A stretch of DNA of 40,620 bases from the NCBI GenBank assembly GCA_036497405.1, contig DASXJM010000456.1, positions 1-40,620 of the forward strand, given 5' to 3'. The first letter of the stretch is position 1, and each line of letters starts with the position of its first letter. Origin of the DNA: Streptosporangiaceae bacterium (GTDB taxonomy: Bacteria > Actinomycetota > Actinomycetes > Streptosporangiales > Streptosporangiaceae). A program made the translations under genes and the position numbers. This document shows positions 1 to 8,710 of this stretch, piece after piece. Below the pieces are notes generated by a model that made no database searches, was not told the DNA's origin, and worked only from the letters and a program-made list of their open reading frames with translations.

Positions 1-87
1 ATCGCGCCGGACTGAGCCGCCGCAGCCCAGGGCCAGGTCGGCTCCAGGCTCCGAAACACCCGTGATGAGTCGCCCGCCCAGGGCAAG

Positions 88-375
88 GTGACCCGGTTCA
101 AGCCGCACCTGCTGGACCAGGCGCCCTGGGCCGGGCTGGACCAGCTGACCGATTTCGCGGCCAAGCGGGAGCTGACCCTGGTCGAGGTGGCCTACGGGTG
201 GCTGCTGGCCCAGCCCGGAGTCTCCACCCTGGTCACCGGCGCGACCAGCCCGGCCCAGGTCACCGCCAACGCCTCCGCGACCACCTGGCGCCCCACCCCG
301 GTCGAGGAGGCCGAGCTCCGGTCCCTGTTCACCGGCGACCTCAGCGGCAACCCTGGCCGCTCGGCCCCTAGCTGA
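88..375 (+). CDS. Aldo/keto reductase, C-terminal fragment (partial or disrupted at window start)
   Basis: The protein ends in ...ELTLVEVAYGWLLAQPGVSTLVTGATSPAQVTANA..., the conserved C-terminal block of aldo/keto reductases. The frame is open back to nt 16, where an in-frame TGA (13-15) interrupts it. AKR-like residues upstream appear in another frame. Confidence 0.5.
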   Translation: MTRFKPHLLDQAPWAGLDQLTDFAAKRELTLVEVAYGWLLAQPGVSTLVTGATSPAQVTANASATTWRPTPVEEAELRSLFTGDLSGNPGRSAPS

Positions 376-459
376 CCGGTGCCCCACCGGGACCAGGCCC
401 ATAAGAGAAACGAAGCCGGGCTCAAGGTTCCGTTCAGGGATCTTGGCCAGGCTGTGGCC

Positions 460-1083
460 ATGACGACGATGGAGCATGAGGACCCACTGTCGGGGTCAGC
501 ACTGTCGGGGGCGGCACTGTCGGGGCCAGCACTGTCGGAGGCGGCACTGTCGGGGACGGAGCGGCACCGGGCCGTGCGGCGCGCGCTGGCCGAAGCGCGC
601 AACCTGGCCCAGTTGCAGGCCGAGATCCTGGACCGGCTGGACCAGGCCGACCGGGCCGGGGACGACGAGACCGTGCTGAGCTGCCACGCCGAGCTGGACC
701 ACGTGATGGCGCTGATCGCCGAGACCGAGCAGGTCCGCACCGGCGCCCGGTCCACCCTGGCCGCTGAGTTCGACCTGACCTGCGCCGGCTGCGGCGGGGC
801 GGCCGAGCCGGCCTACGCACAGCCCCGGCTGCTGGGCTACCACTGCACCGGCTGCGGCTGGTCCGGCGACGACCCGGACGCTCAGGCCGACCGCAAGCGC
901 GCCGAAGCCCTCGACACCGTCGCGGCCGCAATCGAGCCGGCCGCGCGCACGGTCGAAGAGGCCATGGCCACCCTCGGCCACCGCGGCAAGCAGGCCCGCA
1001 CCGAAGGTCTCACCGCGCTGCGCGAACTGCACGAAACCCTGGCCACCGTCAGCCAGCGCCTCCGCCGCACCCAACACGCCTGA
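460..1083 (+). CDS. Hypothetical protein with (A/P)LSG pentapeptide repeats and a CxxC...CxxC zinc-ribbon-like motif
   Basis: GC3-rich ORF. ATG 460 is preferred over GTG 379 because codons 379-459 have many A/T third positions. It contains LTCAGCGG...HCTGCGW (two CxxC pairs) and a coiled-coil-like Ala/Arg/Glu-rich remainder. I recognise no family. Confidence 0.5.
   Translation: MTTMEHEDPLSGSALSGAALSGPALSEAALSGTERHRAVRRALAEARNLAQLQAEILDRLDQADRAGDDETVLSCHAELDHVMALIAETEQVRTGARSTLAAEFDLTCAGCGGAAEPAYAQPRLLGYHCTGCGWSGDDPDAQADRKRAEALDTVAAAIEPAARTVEEAMATLGHRGKQARTEGLTALRELHETLATVSQRLRRTQHA
486..560. repeat. 5 x 15-bp in-frame tandem repeat (cactgtcgggg-nnnn)
   Basis: Direct reading gives cactgtcggggtcag, cactgtcgggggcgg, cactgtcggggccag, cactgtcggaggcgg and cactgtcggggacgg. 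These encode LSGSA, LSGAA, LSGPA, LSEAA and LSGT. Confidence 0.9.
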
Positions 1084-1095
1084 CCGGCAGCAGGC

Positions 1096-2518
1096 TTACC
1101 GGGACGCGTCGAGGATAAAATCCCGGCCCAGGTGCAGCAAGAGCTTGTCCGCCGTGAGCAACTGCAGGCCAGCGGTGATGCTGAGCAACTCCAGCCCCTG
1201 GGCTGCTGGATGTCCGGGTCGATGTCGAAGGCCTCGTCGCCGTAGCTGATTTCGCCCGAGAGCCCGCCGAAGGTTTTCTCAGCCGACGCTAACCCGGCCA
1301 GGTACTTGGCCAGGTCGCCGATGACGTCGCGGGCGTCGTCCTCGATGCCGTAGATGAACGTGGACTTACGGCGCCGGAGCACCGGCAGGCCCAGGGCGTA
1401 AAGGCCGGGGCTGTCGGTGACCACTCCGCCGTCGTGCTCGAGCTGGCCCTTGGCGTCGACCACCGGGACGTTCAGCCAGGAATAGTCGGGCCGGAAGCCG
1501 GTGGCCCACACGATCGTGGTGATCTCGCCGCTGGTCAGGTCGAGCTGCAGCGGCGAGGCGGCGGGCACCTGGGTCGGTTCGGCCCGTTCGGGCGCCGTGA
1601 ACTCCCCGTCCCGCCCGCTGGTCAGGGCCCACTCGTCGAACGTGTCCAGCAGCCGGCCGAGCTTGAGGTCAGCCAGCGAGAAGACGTTCCGCAGTCCGCC
1701 CGAGAACAGCGCGCGGCCGTCCCGGACGGCGGCCCAGCGGCCCACCAGCTGGACGCCCAGCGCGGTCAGCGCGTTGAGGTCGAGCGTGGCCCGCTCGGGG
1801 GTGCCGACCAGCTGGGGTGACGGCAGCCGCCGGGCCCGGGTCAGGTCGTCGAGCTCGTCGTAGCGCTGGTCCCACACCCCCGCGTGGTCCATCCACCACA
1901 GCACGTCGTGGCCGCGGTAGGTGCGGGGCAGCCGGGTGTGCTCGCCGACCGAGAGGGTGACCGGCCGCCCCGAGCGGGCCAGTTCGGCCGCCAGCTGGAC
2001 GCCGGTGGCCGACGCCCCGACCACCAGGACGCCGCCGTCGGGCAGCCGTCCCGGGTCCCGGTAGTCAAACGTGGTCACCTGCGACACGGAGGCCGGCACC
2101 CCGGCACTGAGCGCCGGGACCGAGGGCCGGTTGCAGGCGCCGCTGGCGATGACCACCGTCCGGCAGCTGAACTCACCCTGGCTGGTCGTCACCTGGTACC
2201 CATCGCCTGCGGCCCGCACCGAGGTAACGGTGGTACTGGTCCGCACCGGGGCGCGGCTGGCCGCGGCGAAGCGCCCGATGAACTCGGTTACTTCCCCCAC
2301 CGTCATGTAGCCGTCGGGGTCCGGGCCCTCGTAACGAAGGCCCGGGACCCGGCTCTGCCAGTTGGGGGTGAGCAGCCGCAGCGAATCCCAGCGTTCGTGC
2401 CGCCAGGAGTTCGCTACCTCGCCGCGTTCCAGCACAACGTGGTCGATCGACCGGTCGGTCAGGAAGTGGCTGGCCGCCAAGCCGGCGTGGCCCGCCCCGA
2501 TGACGACCGTGGTGACAT
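1096..2518 (-). pseudogene. Flavin-containing monooxygenase-like FAD/NAD(P) oxidoreductase (COG2072 type) with apparent start loss and 3' frameshift
   Basis: It has the Rossmann motif VVIGAGHAG (2507-2481), a second dinucleotide motif VLVVGASATG, and WRHERWDSLRLLTPNW. There is no ATG, GTG or TTG between the upstream in-frame TGA (2573-2571) and the GxGxxG motif. The only ATG (2518-2516) is one nucleotide out of frame. Near nt 1200 the GC3-rich frame shifts to AQGLELLSITAGLQLLTADKLLLHLGRDFILDASR and ends at TAA 1098-1096. The ORF-track frame meanwhile runs on as Cys/Ser/Arg-rich text antisense to the neighbouring gene. Confidence 0.55.
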
Positions 2519-2535
2519 GCTCGATGGTCGGCGCC

Positions 2536-3084
2536 TCAGGCCACTTCGACGGTGACGTTGGTCGGGTTGGTCAGGGCGTCGTACACCGCGGAGCGCTTCG
2601 TGGACTGGGCCACCAGCGCCTCGATCTCCTCCTTCGACGCGTCCGCGTCGATGTCGAAGGTCACCTTGATGTCGTTGTAGCCGTTGCGGACGTCGCTGTC
2701 GGCCCCGAGGATGCCGCGGATGTCGTGCGCGCCCTCCACCGTCGACTCGACCGAGCGCAGCTGGATGCCGCGGTTCTCCGCCACCGAGGCGATACCGCCG
2801 GTCAGGCAGCTGGCCAGGCCGACCAGGAGGTATTCGATCGGCGTGATGCCGCCGTCCTCGGCCGCGAACACCTCGGGGTGGTCGGCCTCGAAGGTCCACT
2901 CTTGCTTGTGGGTCTGCTCTTCGCCCAGGCCGAAGAAGCTCTGCACCTTGATCTGGCTGTGCACGCCGCTCTGCCACTTGGCCGAGGCGCGCCAGGTGAA
3001 CTGGGCCGCCTCTGGTGCGCCCTTGAGCACTTCGCGCGCGTCCAGCAGCGCCTGAACGTTAACCCCATTGGTAGCGGTTGTCAT
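2536..3084 (-). CDS. OsmC/Ohr family peroxiredoxin-like protein
   Basis: 182 aa. It shows OsmC-type features: ...PIEYLLVGLASCLTGGIA... and a C-terminal ...STKRSAVYDALTNPTNV... block. Codon usage is GC3-rich. Confidence 0.8.
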   Translation of the reverse strand: MTTATNGVNVQALLDAREVLKGAPEAAQFTWRASAKWQSGVHSQIKVQSFFGLGEEQTHKQEWTFEADHPEVFAAEDGGITPIEYLLVGLASCLTGGIASVAENRGIQLRSVESTVEGAHDIRGILGADSDVRNGYNDIKVTFDIDADASKEEIEALVAQSTKRSAVYDALTNPTNVTVEVA

Positions 3085-3168
3085 GACGGCCCCTCTCGAA
3101 GATTCTCCCCCAAATTCCCTATGGGGACGATCGACAATATACCGGCAGAGACCAGCTAAGATAACCTC

Positions 3169-4401
3169 ATGCCGGAGCCAGCCTCGACGCTCGCGGCCGG
3201 TGCGGGCGGTCCGGTGGGCTCGGCCGGTACCGTCGAAACCCAGTACCTCGACCTGTCCCAGCCGGTGCGGCTGGACTGCGGCCGGGAGCTTTATCCGATC
3301 CGGGTCGCATACGAGACCTACGGCACCCTGTCACCCCAGCGCGACAACGTCATCCTGGTCTGTCACGCGCTCAGCGGCGACGCCCACGCCGCGGGCTTCG
3401 CCCGGATCCCGAGCACCGCCAGCACCCGCGACGGGTTCGCGGCCGACGATCGCGACGGGGCAGCGGGCAAGGCGCTCGGCTGGTGGGACGGGATGATCGG
3501 CCCGGGCAAGGCCTTCGACACCAGCCGCTACTTCGTCGTGGCCACGAACCTGCTCGGCGGTTGCCGCGGCACCACCGGGCCGTCCTCGCCCGACCCGGCC
3601 ACCGGTGCGCCCTACGGGACGGACTTCCCGGTCATCACGGTGGCGGACATGGTGCGGACCGAGCGCGCATTCCTGGACGCGCTCGGGATCGAGCGGCTGG
3701 CCGCGGTGGCCGGTGGCTCCCTCGGCGGCATGCAGGCGTTCGAATGGGCCATCCTGTACCCCGACCAGGTCGACGCGGTGGTGGGCATCGCCAGCACGCA
3801 CGCGCTGCACCCCCAGGGCATGGCCTGGAACGCGATCGCCCGCGAGTCGATCATGCGCGACCCGGACTGGCAGGACGGCCACTACTACGGCACCGGCCGG
3901 GCCCCCGAAGCCGGCCTGGGGGTAGCCCGAATGGTCGGCCACGTCACCTACCTGTCCGGCGAGGCGCTGGACACCAAGTTCGGCCGCCGCCTGCAGACCC
4001 CCCGGGCCGACGGCGACCTCCGCTACACGCTGACCGAGCCGGAGTTCCAGGTCGAGAGCTACCTGCGCCACCAGGCCAGCTCGTTCGTCCGGCGGTTCGA
4101 CGCCAACACCTACCTCTACACTTCCCGCGCGCTGACCTACTTTGACCTGGCCCGCCAGCACGGCGGCGGATCGCTGACCCAGGCCCTCAAGGGCGTCGCG
4201 GCCCGGACGCTGCTGATCGCGTTCAGCTCGGACTGGCTGTACCCGCCGTCGGGCTCGGAAGAGATCGCGGGGGCATTGCGTTCGCTGGATAAGCCGGTCG
4301 AGTTCGAGGTCATCGACGCGCCCTACGGCCACGACTGCTTCCTGCTGGAGGAAGCCCGGCAGACCCCCATCATCCAGCGCTTCCTGAGGAGCTCTTCGTG
4401 A
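3169..4401 (+). CDS. metX: Homoserine O-acetyltransferase
   Basis: 410 aa. It has the alpha/beta-hydrolase MetX hallmarks: VAYETYGTL..RDNVILVCHALSGDAH, the nucleophile elbow GGSLGGMQAFEW, and a C-terminal ...YGHDCFLLE. The stop overlaps the metY start (GTGA). Confidence 0.9.
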   Translation: MPEPASTLAAGAGGPVGSAGTVETQYLDLSQPVRLDCGRELYPIRVAYETYGTLSPQRDNVILVCHALSGDAHAAGFARIPSTASTRDGFAADDRDGAAGKALGWWDGMIGPGKAFDTSRYFVVATNLLGGCRGTTGPSSPDPATGAPYGTDFPVITVADMVRTERAFLDALGIERLAAVAGGSLGGMQAFEWAILYPDQVDAVVGIASTHALHPQGMAWNAIARESIMRDPDWQDGHYYGTGRAPEAGLGVARMVGHVTYLSGEALDTKFGRRLQTPRADGDLRYTLTEPEFQVESYLRHQASSFVRRFDANTYLYTSRALTYFDLARQHGGGSLTQALKGVAARTLLIAFSSDWLYPPSGSEEIAGALRSLDKPVEFEVIDAPYGHDCFLLEEARQTPIIQRFLRSSS

Positions 4402-5816
4402 CCAACCAGCCCCCGCGCGAAGCGCCAGGTGCCCCGCGCGAAGCGCCAGGTGCACAGCGCGAAGCGCCTGGAACACCGCGGGCCGAAGAAGACCGGGCGT
4501 TCGGGTTCGAGACCCGGCAGCTGCACGCCGGGCAGCGCCCCGACCCGAATACGGGCGCCCGGGCGGTGCCGATCTTCCAGACGGCCAGCTACGTGTTCGA
4601 GGACCCGGAGTCGGCCGCGGCCTACTTCAACCTGCAGGAGTACGGCAACACCTACTCGCGGATCATGAACCCGACCGTCGCGGTGTTCGAGGAACGGGTG
4701 GCCAACCTCGAGGGCGGCGCCGGCGCGGTCGGGTTCGCCAGCGGGCTCGCGGCCCAGGCCGCCGCGCTGTTCACGCTGCTGGAGCCGGGCGACCACGTCG
4801 TCTCGTCCTCGGCTCTGTACGGCGGCACGGTCAACCAGTTCAAGCACGTGCTGCGCAAGCTGAACGTGGAGCTGACCTGGGTCGACCCCGATGACCCGGA
4901 GGCCTGGCGCGCCGCCGTCCGCCCCAGTACCAAGGCGTTCTTCGCCGAGACCATCGGCAACCCGGCTGGGAACGTGCTCGACATCGAGACCGTGGCCGGC
5001 ATCGCGCATTCCCATGGCCTGCCGCTGCTGGTGGACAACACGTTCGCCAGCCCGTACCTGTGCCGCCCGATCGACTGGGGCGCCGACATCGTGATCCACT
5101 CGGCCACCAAGTTCATCGGTGGCCACGGCACGTCCATCGGCGGCGTGGTGGTCGAGAGCGGGCTGTTCGACTGGTCCAACGGGCGCTTCCCCGTGGTCGC
5201 GGACCCCTCGCCCGCCTACCACGGCCTGCAGTTCCACGAGACGTTCGGCACCTACGGTTACCTGATGAAGCTCCGGGCCGAGACCCTGCGCGATCTGGGC
5301 GGGGCCATGTCGCCGTTCAACGCCTTCCTGTTCCTGCAGGGGCTGGAGACGCTGTCGCTGCGGATGGAACGGCACGTCACCAACGCCCTGGCCATCGCCT
5401 CGTTCCTGGAGTCGCATCCGCTGGCCTCGAACGTGACCTACCCGGGCCTGCCGTCCAGCCGTTTCCAGCCGCTGGTGGGCAAGTACCTGCCCCGCGGGGC
5501 CGGCGCGGTGTTTTCGTTCGACTGCGCCGGCGGCCGGGCCGGCGGCCAGGACCTCATCCGCGGCCTGTCGCTCTGGTCGCACCTGGCCAACGTGGGCGAC
5601 GCCAAGAGCTTGGTCATCCATCCGGCCAGCACCACGCACCGGCAGCTCAGCGAGGAGGAGCTGGCCGCGGCCGGCGTCGGCCCGGGCACGGTCCGGCTGT
5701 CGGTCGGGCTGGAAACCGCGGCCGACCTGACCTGGGACCTGGAGCAGGGCTTCGCCCTGGTCGCCGCGACGGCGGATAAGGCCACGGCCGTTAAGGCAGA
5801 AGGAGCCTCAGCATGA
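4398..5816 (+). CDS. metY: O-acetylhomoserine aminocarboxypropyltransferase (sulfhydrylase), PLP-dependent, with a repeat-encoded N-terminal extension
   Basis: Cys/Met-metabolism PLP family: FGFETRQLHAGQ..., the SATKFIGGHGTSIGG lysine motif, and NVGDAKSLVIHPASTTH. Only the GTG at 4398 is available as an in-frame start. Confidence 0.9.
   Translation: MTNQPPREAPGAPREAPGAQREAPGTPRAEEDRAFGFETRQLHAGQRPDPNTGARAVPIFQTASYVFEDPESAAAYFNLQEYGNTYSRIMNPTVAVFEERVANLEGGAGAVGFASGLAAQAAALFTLLEPGDHVVSSSALYGGTVNQFKHVLRKLNVELTWVDPDDPEAWRAAVRPSTKAFFAETIGNPAGNVLDIETVAGIAHSHGLPLLVDNTFASPYLCRPIDWGADIVIHSATKFIGGHGTSIGGVVVESGLFDWSNGRFPVVADPSPAYHGLQFHETFGTYGYLMKLRAETLRDLGGAMSPFNAFLFLQGLETLSLRMERHVTNALAIASFLESHPLASNVTYPGLPSSRFQPLVGKYLPRGAGAVFSFDCAGGRAGGQDLIRGLSLWSHLANVGDAKSLVIHPASTTHRQLSEEELAAAGVGPGTVRLSVGLETAADLTWDLEQGFALVAATADKATAVKAEGASA
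4412..4474. repeat. 3 x 21-bp in-frame tandem repeat at the 5' end of metY
   Basis: cccgcgcgaagcgccaggtgc occurs twice exactly (4412-4432 and 4433-4453). A degenerate third copy lies at 4454-4474. Together they encode PREAPGA, PREAPGA and QREAPGT. Confidence 0.9.
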
Positions 5817-6319
5817 GTGTGGAGCTGGCCACCAGCGACTTCGACCTGACGCCGTACCAGGACGTGACCGCGATCCAGCGGGTGCTGCACCACGCGAGCA
5901 CGATCGCGATCGTCGGTCTGTCCAACAACCCGCTCCGGGCCAGCTACTTCGTCGGCTACTACCTCAAGCGGCACGGCTACACGGTCATCCCGGTCAACCC
6001 GCGGGAGCAGGAGATCCTGGGGGAGAAGTCCTACCCCAGCCTCAAGGACATCCCGGTGCCGGTGGACGTGGTCAACGTGTTCCGGGCTCCGGCCGCGCTG
6101 CCGGGCATCGCCGAGGACGCGGTGGCCATCGGCGCCGGCACCCTGTGGTGCCAGTTCGGCGTGATCAACGAAGAGGGCACCAAGATCGCCGCGGAGGGCG
6201 GCCTGACCGTGATCGTGGACCGCTGCCTCAAGGTCGAGCACGCCCGCTACGTGGGCCGGATGAACTGGCTCGGCCTCAACACCCAGCGCATCACGTCGGT
6301 CCGGGGCGGCCTGCAGTAG
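5813..6319 (+). CDS. CoA-binding domain protein (YccU/YneT-like)
   Basis: 168 aa. It has ...IAIVGLSNNPLRASYFVGYYLKRHGYTVIPVNP...VDVVNVFR..., typical of the small CoA-binding Rossmann family. Its ATGA start overlaps the metY stop. Confidence 0.75.
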   Translation: MSVELATSDFDLTPYQDVTAIQRVLHHASTIAIVGLSNNPLRASYFVGYYLKRHGYTVIPVNPREQEILGEKSYPSLKDIPVPVDVVNVFRAPAALPGIAEDAVAIGAGTLWCQFGVINEEGTKIAAEGGLTVIVDRCLKVEHARYVGRMNWLGLNTQRITSVRGGLQ

Positions 6320-6959
6320 CGCTAGGCGTCGCCGGATCCAGTGTCGCCGGATCCCGTGTCGCCGGACTCAGGGCGGCCCGGGTCAGCGTGGTCGCCGTGT
6401 GCACGATGCTGGCGATGGCGTCCTCCGGCTCGAGGCCGTGCAGGTCGGTCAGGCTGAACAGGGCTTCGGCGCTGACCACCACGGCCAGGTCGCGCTTGAG
6501 CTGAGCCAGGACCGGGGGCTGGGTCGCTCCCAGCGTGTCCTCCAGCGGCGCCAGCGCGTTGTCGATCAGGCCGAACCGCAGGCCGGGGCGGGCCGGGGCC
6601 TGACCGGGCCGGGTGATCGTGGCCGCGATCAGCGCCCGGACCACGCCTTGCCGGGCCAGCACGTGGCGCAGCAGGAACTCGGTGACGGCGGCGACCCGGG
6701 CCGCCGGGTCGTCCCGGCCGGCCAGCGGGGCCAGGGCCTCGTCCTCGGTCGGCAGCAAGCCGGCGATGGCCTCCTGCAGCAGGCTGGCCAGGTCGGGGAA
6801 GTAGCGGTAGGCCGTCGCCTCGGACACCAGCGCGGCCCGGGCCACCTCGGGCATGGTGACCTCGAGCCCGGTGCGGCTCAGTTCGGCCGCCGCCGCGACG
6901 ATCGCGTTGCGGGTCCGGAGTTTCTGGTTGACCCGGCCCGTCGTCCCCGCCACGCCCAT
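6291..6959 (-). CDS. TetR/AcrR family transcriptional regulator
   Basis: N-terminal HTH: RTRNAIVAAAAELSRTGLEVTMPEVARAALVSEATAYRYFPD. The 3' end overlaps the convergent CoA-binding gene by 29 nt and carries a repeat-encoded tail. Confidence 0.85.
   Translation of the reverse strand: MGVAGTTGRVNQKLRTRNAIVAAAAELSRTGLEVTMPEVARAALVSEATAYRYFPDLASLLQEAIAGLLPTEDEALAPLAGRDDPAARVAAVTEFLLRHVLARQGVVRALIAATITRPGQAPARPGLRFGLIDNALAPLEDTLGATQPPVLAQLKRDLAVVVSAEALFSLTDLHGLEPEDAIASIVHTATTLTRAALSPATRDPATLDPATPSATAGRPGPT
6326..6370. repeat. 3 x 15-bp tandem repeat in the TetR 3' end
   Basis: The units are gcgtcgccggatcca, gtgtcgccggatccc and gtgtcgccggactca. They encode the ATRDPATLDPAT tail on the minus strand. 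Confidence 0.85.
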
Positions 6960-7061
6960 CGGTCGCCCCTCTGCGTTGCTTCCAGCGGTGCCGGTACCCG
7001 CTAGCGGTTCCCCGCGGCCTGGGCCCCGGCCGACCTCCCGGCACCGACCTGAGAGTCAGCT

Positions 7062-7088
7062 ATCATGATGCCTCATTATTTTCATCAT
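7062..7088. promoter_or_regulatory. AT-rich inverted repeat in the TetR / aldo-keto reductase divergent region (candidate TetR operator)
   Basis: atcATGATGcctcattattttCATCATta: ATGATG (7065-7070) and CATCAT (7083-7088) form an inverted repeat. It lies in the only AT-rich patch between the two divergent genes. Confidence 0.3.
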
Positions 7089-7158
7089 TAACAAGCTCCC
7101 GCCGCGTGGCGTCCTCGCCCGCCTCAACCAGGAAACCCCGGCGGGATAGCGTTGAAGC

Positions 7159-8082
7159 ATGGCCATCACGACACGAACCCTCGGGCGCACCGGCGCCGAC
7201 GTGACCATCCTCAGCTACGGCGCCATGGAGCTGAGAGGCCAGCCGCGCGGGCCCGAGATCGCCGACGAGGACGCGGGCCGCCTGCTCAACCGCGTCCTCG
7301 ACGGCGGCATCAACCTGATCGACACCAGCCCCGACTACGGCCGCAGCGAGGAGCTGATCGGCCGCTACCTCGGCCACCGCCGGGACGAGTACTTCCTGGC
7401 CTCCAAGTGCGGCTGCCCGCTCAACCCGCCCGCCGACGCCACCCCGCCCTACGCGCACGACTACACCCCGGCCAACGTCCGCGCCGACGTGGAGCAGTCC
7501 CTGCGCCGCCTGGGCACCGACCGGCTCGACCTGGTCCAGGTGCACATGTCACCTAGCCAGACCACGCTGGAGCAGGACCACACCGTCGAGACCCTGCAAC
7601 AACTCCAGGCTGAAGGCAAGACCCGCTTCATCGGCATGTCCGGCATCCTGCCCCACCTGCCCGGCCACATCGCCATGGGTGTGTTCGACGTGTTCCAGAT
7701 CCCCTACTCGGCCGTCCAGCGCGACCACGAGCAGCTCATCACCGAGGCGGCCGACGCCGGGGCGGGCACCTTCATCCGCGGCGGGGCCGCCCGCGGGGCC
7801 GCCGCCGAGGACAAGAACTGGCGGGTCGGGCCGCTCAGCCAGGAGGCCGGGCTGGGCCAGCGGAACTGGGAGGGTTCGGGCATCGCCGACCTGCTCAGCG
7901 AGGCCGGGCTGACCAGCATGGAGTTCGTGCTGCGGTTCACGCTCAGCCACCCGGACCTGTCGACCACGATCGTCGGCACCGCCAACCCGGACCACCTGGC
8001 CAGCAACATCGCCATCGCCGAGCAGGGTCCGCTCCCGGCCGACCTCTACGCCGAAGCCAAGAAGCGCCTCCCGCTCCCGTAG
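7159..8082 (+). CDS. Aldo/keto reductase
   Basis: 307 aa with MAITTRTLGRTGADVTILSYGAMEL..., INLIDTSPDYGRSEELIG and LDLVQVHM. Confidence 0.85.
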   Translation: MAITTRTLGRTGADVTILSYGAMELRGQPRGPEIADEDAGRLLNRVLDGGINLIDTSPDYGRSEELIGRYLGHRRDEYFLASKCGCPLNPPADATPPYAHDYTPANVRADVEQSLRRLGTDRLDLVQVHMSPSQTTLEQDHTVETLQQLQAEGKTRFIGMSGILPHLPGHIAMGVFDVFQIPYSAVQRDHEQLITEAADAGAGTFIRGGAARGAAAEDKNWRVGPLSQEAGLGQRNWEGSGIADLLSEAGLTSMEFVLRFTLSHPDLSTTIVGTANPDHLASNIAIAEQGPLPADLYAEAKKRLPLP

Positions 8083-8102
8083 GCCGCCGCTCCCGTAGGC
8101 CG
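8071..8102. repeat. Perfect 16-bp tandem duplication spanning the AKR stop codon
   Basis: ccgctcccgtaggccg occurs at 8071-8086 and again at 8087-8102. Each copy contains the TAG. Confidence 0.9.
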
Positions 8103-8105
8103 GCC

Positions 8106-8561
8106 TTACCCGCGCAGCTCGGTCTCGAGCAGGTTCATGGCCTTGACGAAGGCCTCCTGCTCGGTGGGGGAGAGCTGGTCCAGCACCCGGGCCAGGGGCC
8201 TGGCCGCGCCGTCCAGCCATTCGCTGATCAGCTCGGCCTGGGCCGGGATGATCTCGACGATCGTGCGGCGCCGGTCGGCCGGGTCCGGGTGCCGTTCGAT
8301 CATGCCCGCCCGGTCCAGGTCGGCCAGCAGGCCGCTGACCGTGGTCAGGGTCAGGCCCAGCCGCCCGGCCAGCTCGCTGACGATGAGCGGCCCGTCCCGC
8401 AGCTGCTCCAGCGCGCCCACGTGCCGCGGGCTGAGCGGCGCGCTGACCGCGGGCGCGGTGCGGTCCTGCCAGCGGCGCATACCCCGGCCCACCCGGCGGA
8501 ACGCCTGCATCAGGCGCAGGCAGATCACGGATTCCGCGGTGGCCGCGCCTTCCTCGGCCAT
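8106..8561 (-). CDS. MarR family transcriptional regulator
   Basis: Winged-helix MarR pattern: ...LSPRHVGALEQLRDGPLIVSELAGRLGLTLTTVSGLLADLDRAGMIERHPDPADRRR.... ATG 8561 is preferred over the ORF-track start at 8594 because a gagggagggg Shine-Dalgarno lies just upstream. Confidence 0.85.
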   Translation of the reverse strand: MAEEGAATAESVICLRLMQAFRRVGRGMRRWQDRTAPAVSAPLSPRHVGALEQLRDGPLIVSELAGRLGLTLTTVSGLLADLDRAGMIERHPDPADRRRTIVEIIPAQAELISEWLDGAARPLARVLDQLSPTEQEAFVKAMNLLETELRG

Positions 8562-8587
8562 GCCCCTCCCTCGGCGCGTCAACCGGC

Positions 8588-8625
8588 TTGACACTCGCCA
8601 AGCTCAGTTTATACGGTTTGGCCAA
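8588..8625 (+). promoter_or_regulatory. Candidate promoter (TTGACA-18-TACGGT) plus TTGGCCAA palindrome upstream of the yceI-like gene
   Basis: ttgaca lies at 8588-8593 and tacggt (TANNNT) at 8612-8617. The perfect 8-bp palindrome ttggccaa at 8618-8625 sits over the predicted start site, so it is a plausible MarR operator. Confidence 0.35.
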
Positions 8626-8710
8626 CCAAATAGTTTTACTATCAACACCATTTTACCGAAGGCTGCGGGGCGGGGCTTCCGGCCCGGCCCGGACCAGACA
8701 GGGGAGCGGT

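Noticed and set aside
486-560. Tandem repeats as a possible CRISPR array (also 4412-4474, 6326-6370)
   Set aside because: The units are contiguous without spacers, 9-21 bp long, and lie in frame inside coding sequences. There are no cas genes in the window.
882-1095. C-terminal read-through of the 532-aa FMO-like ORF into the neighbouring gene
   Set aside because: The translation is Cys/Ser/Arg-rich and GC3 is poor. The coding signal moves to another frame, which stops at 1098-1096.
3085-3168. Possible SAM riboswitch upstream of metX
   Set aside because: The divergent intergenic region is only 84 nt. It shows just a 5-bp hairpin (tcccc...gggga). I could not find SAM-I or SAM-IV core sequences. 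An Rfam scan would settle this.
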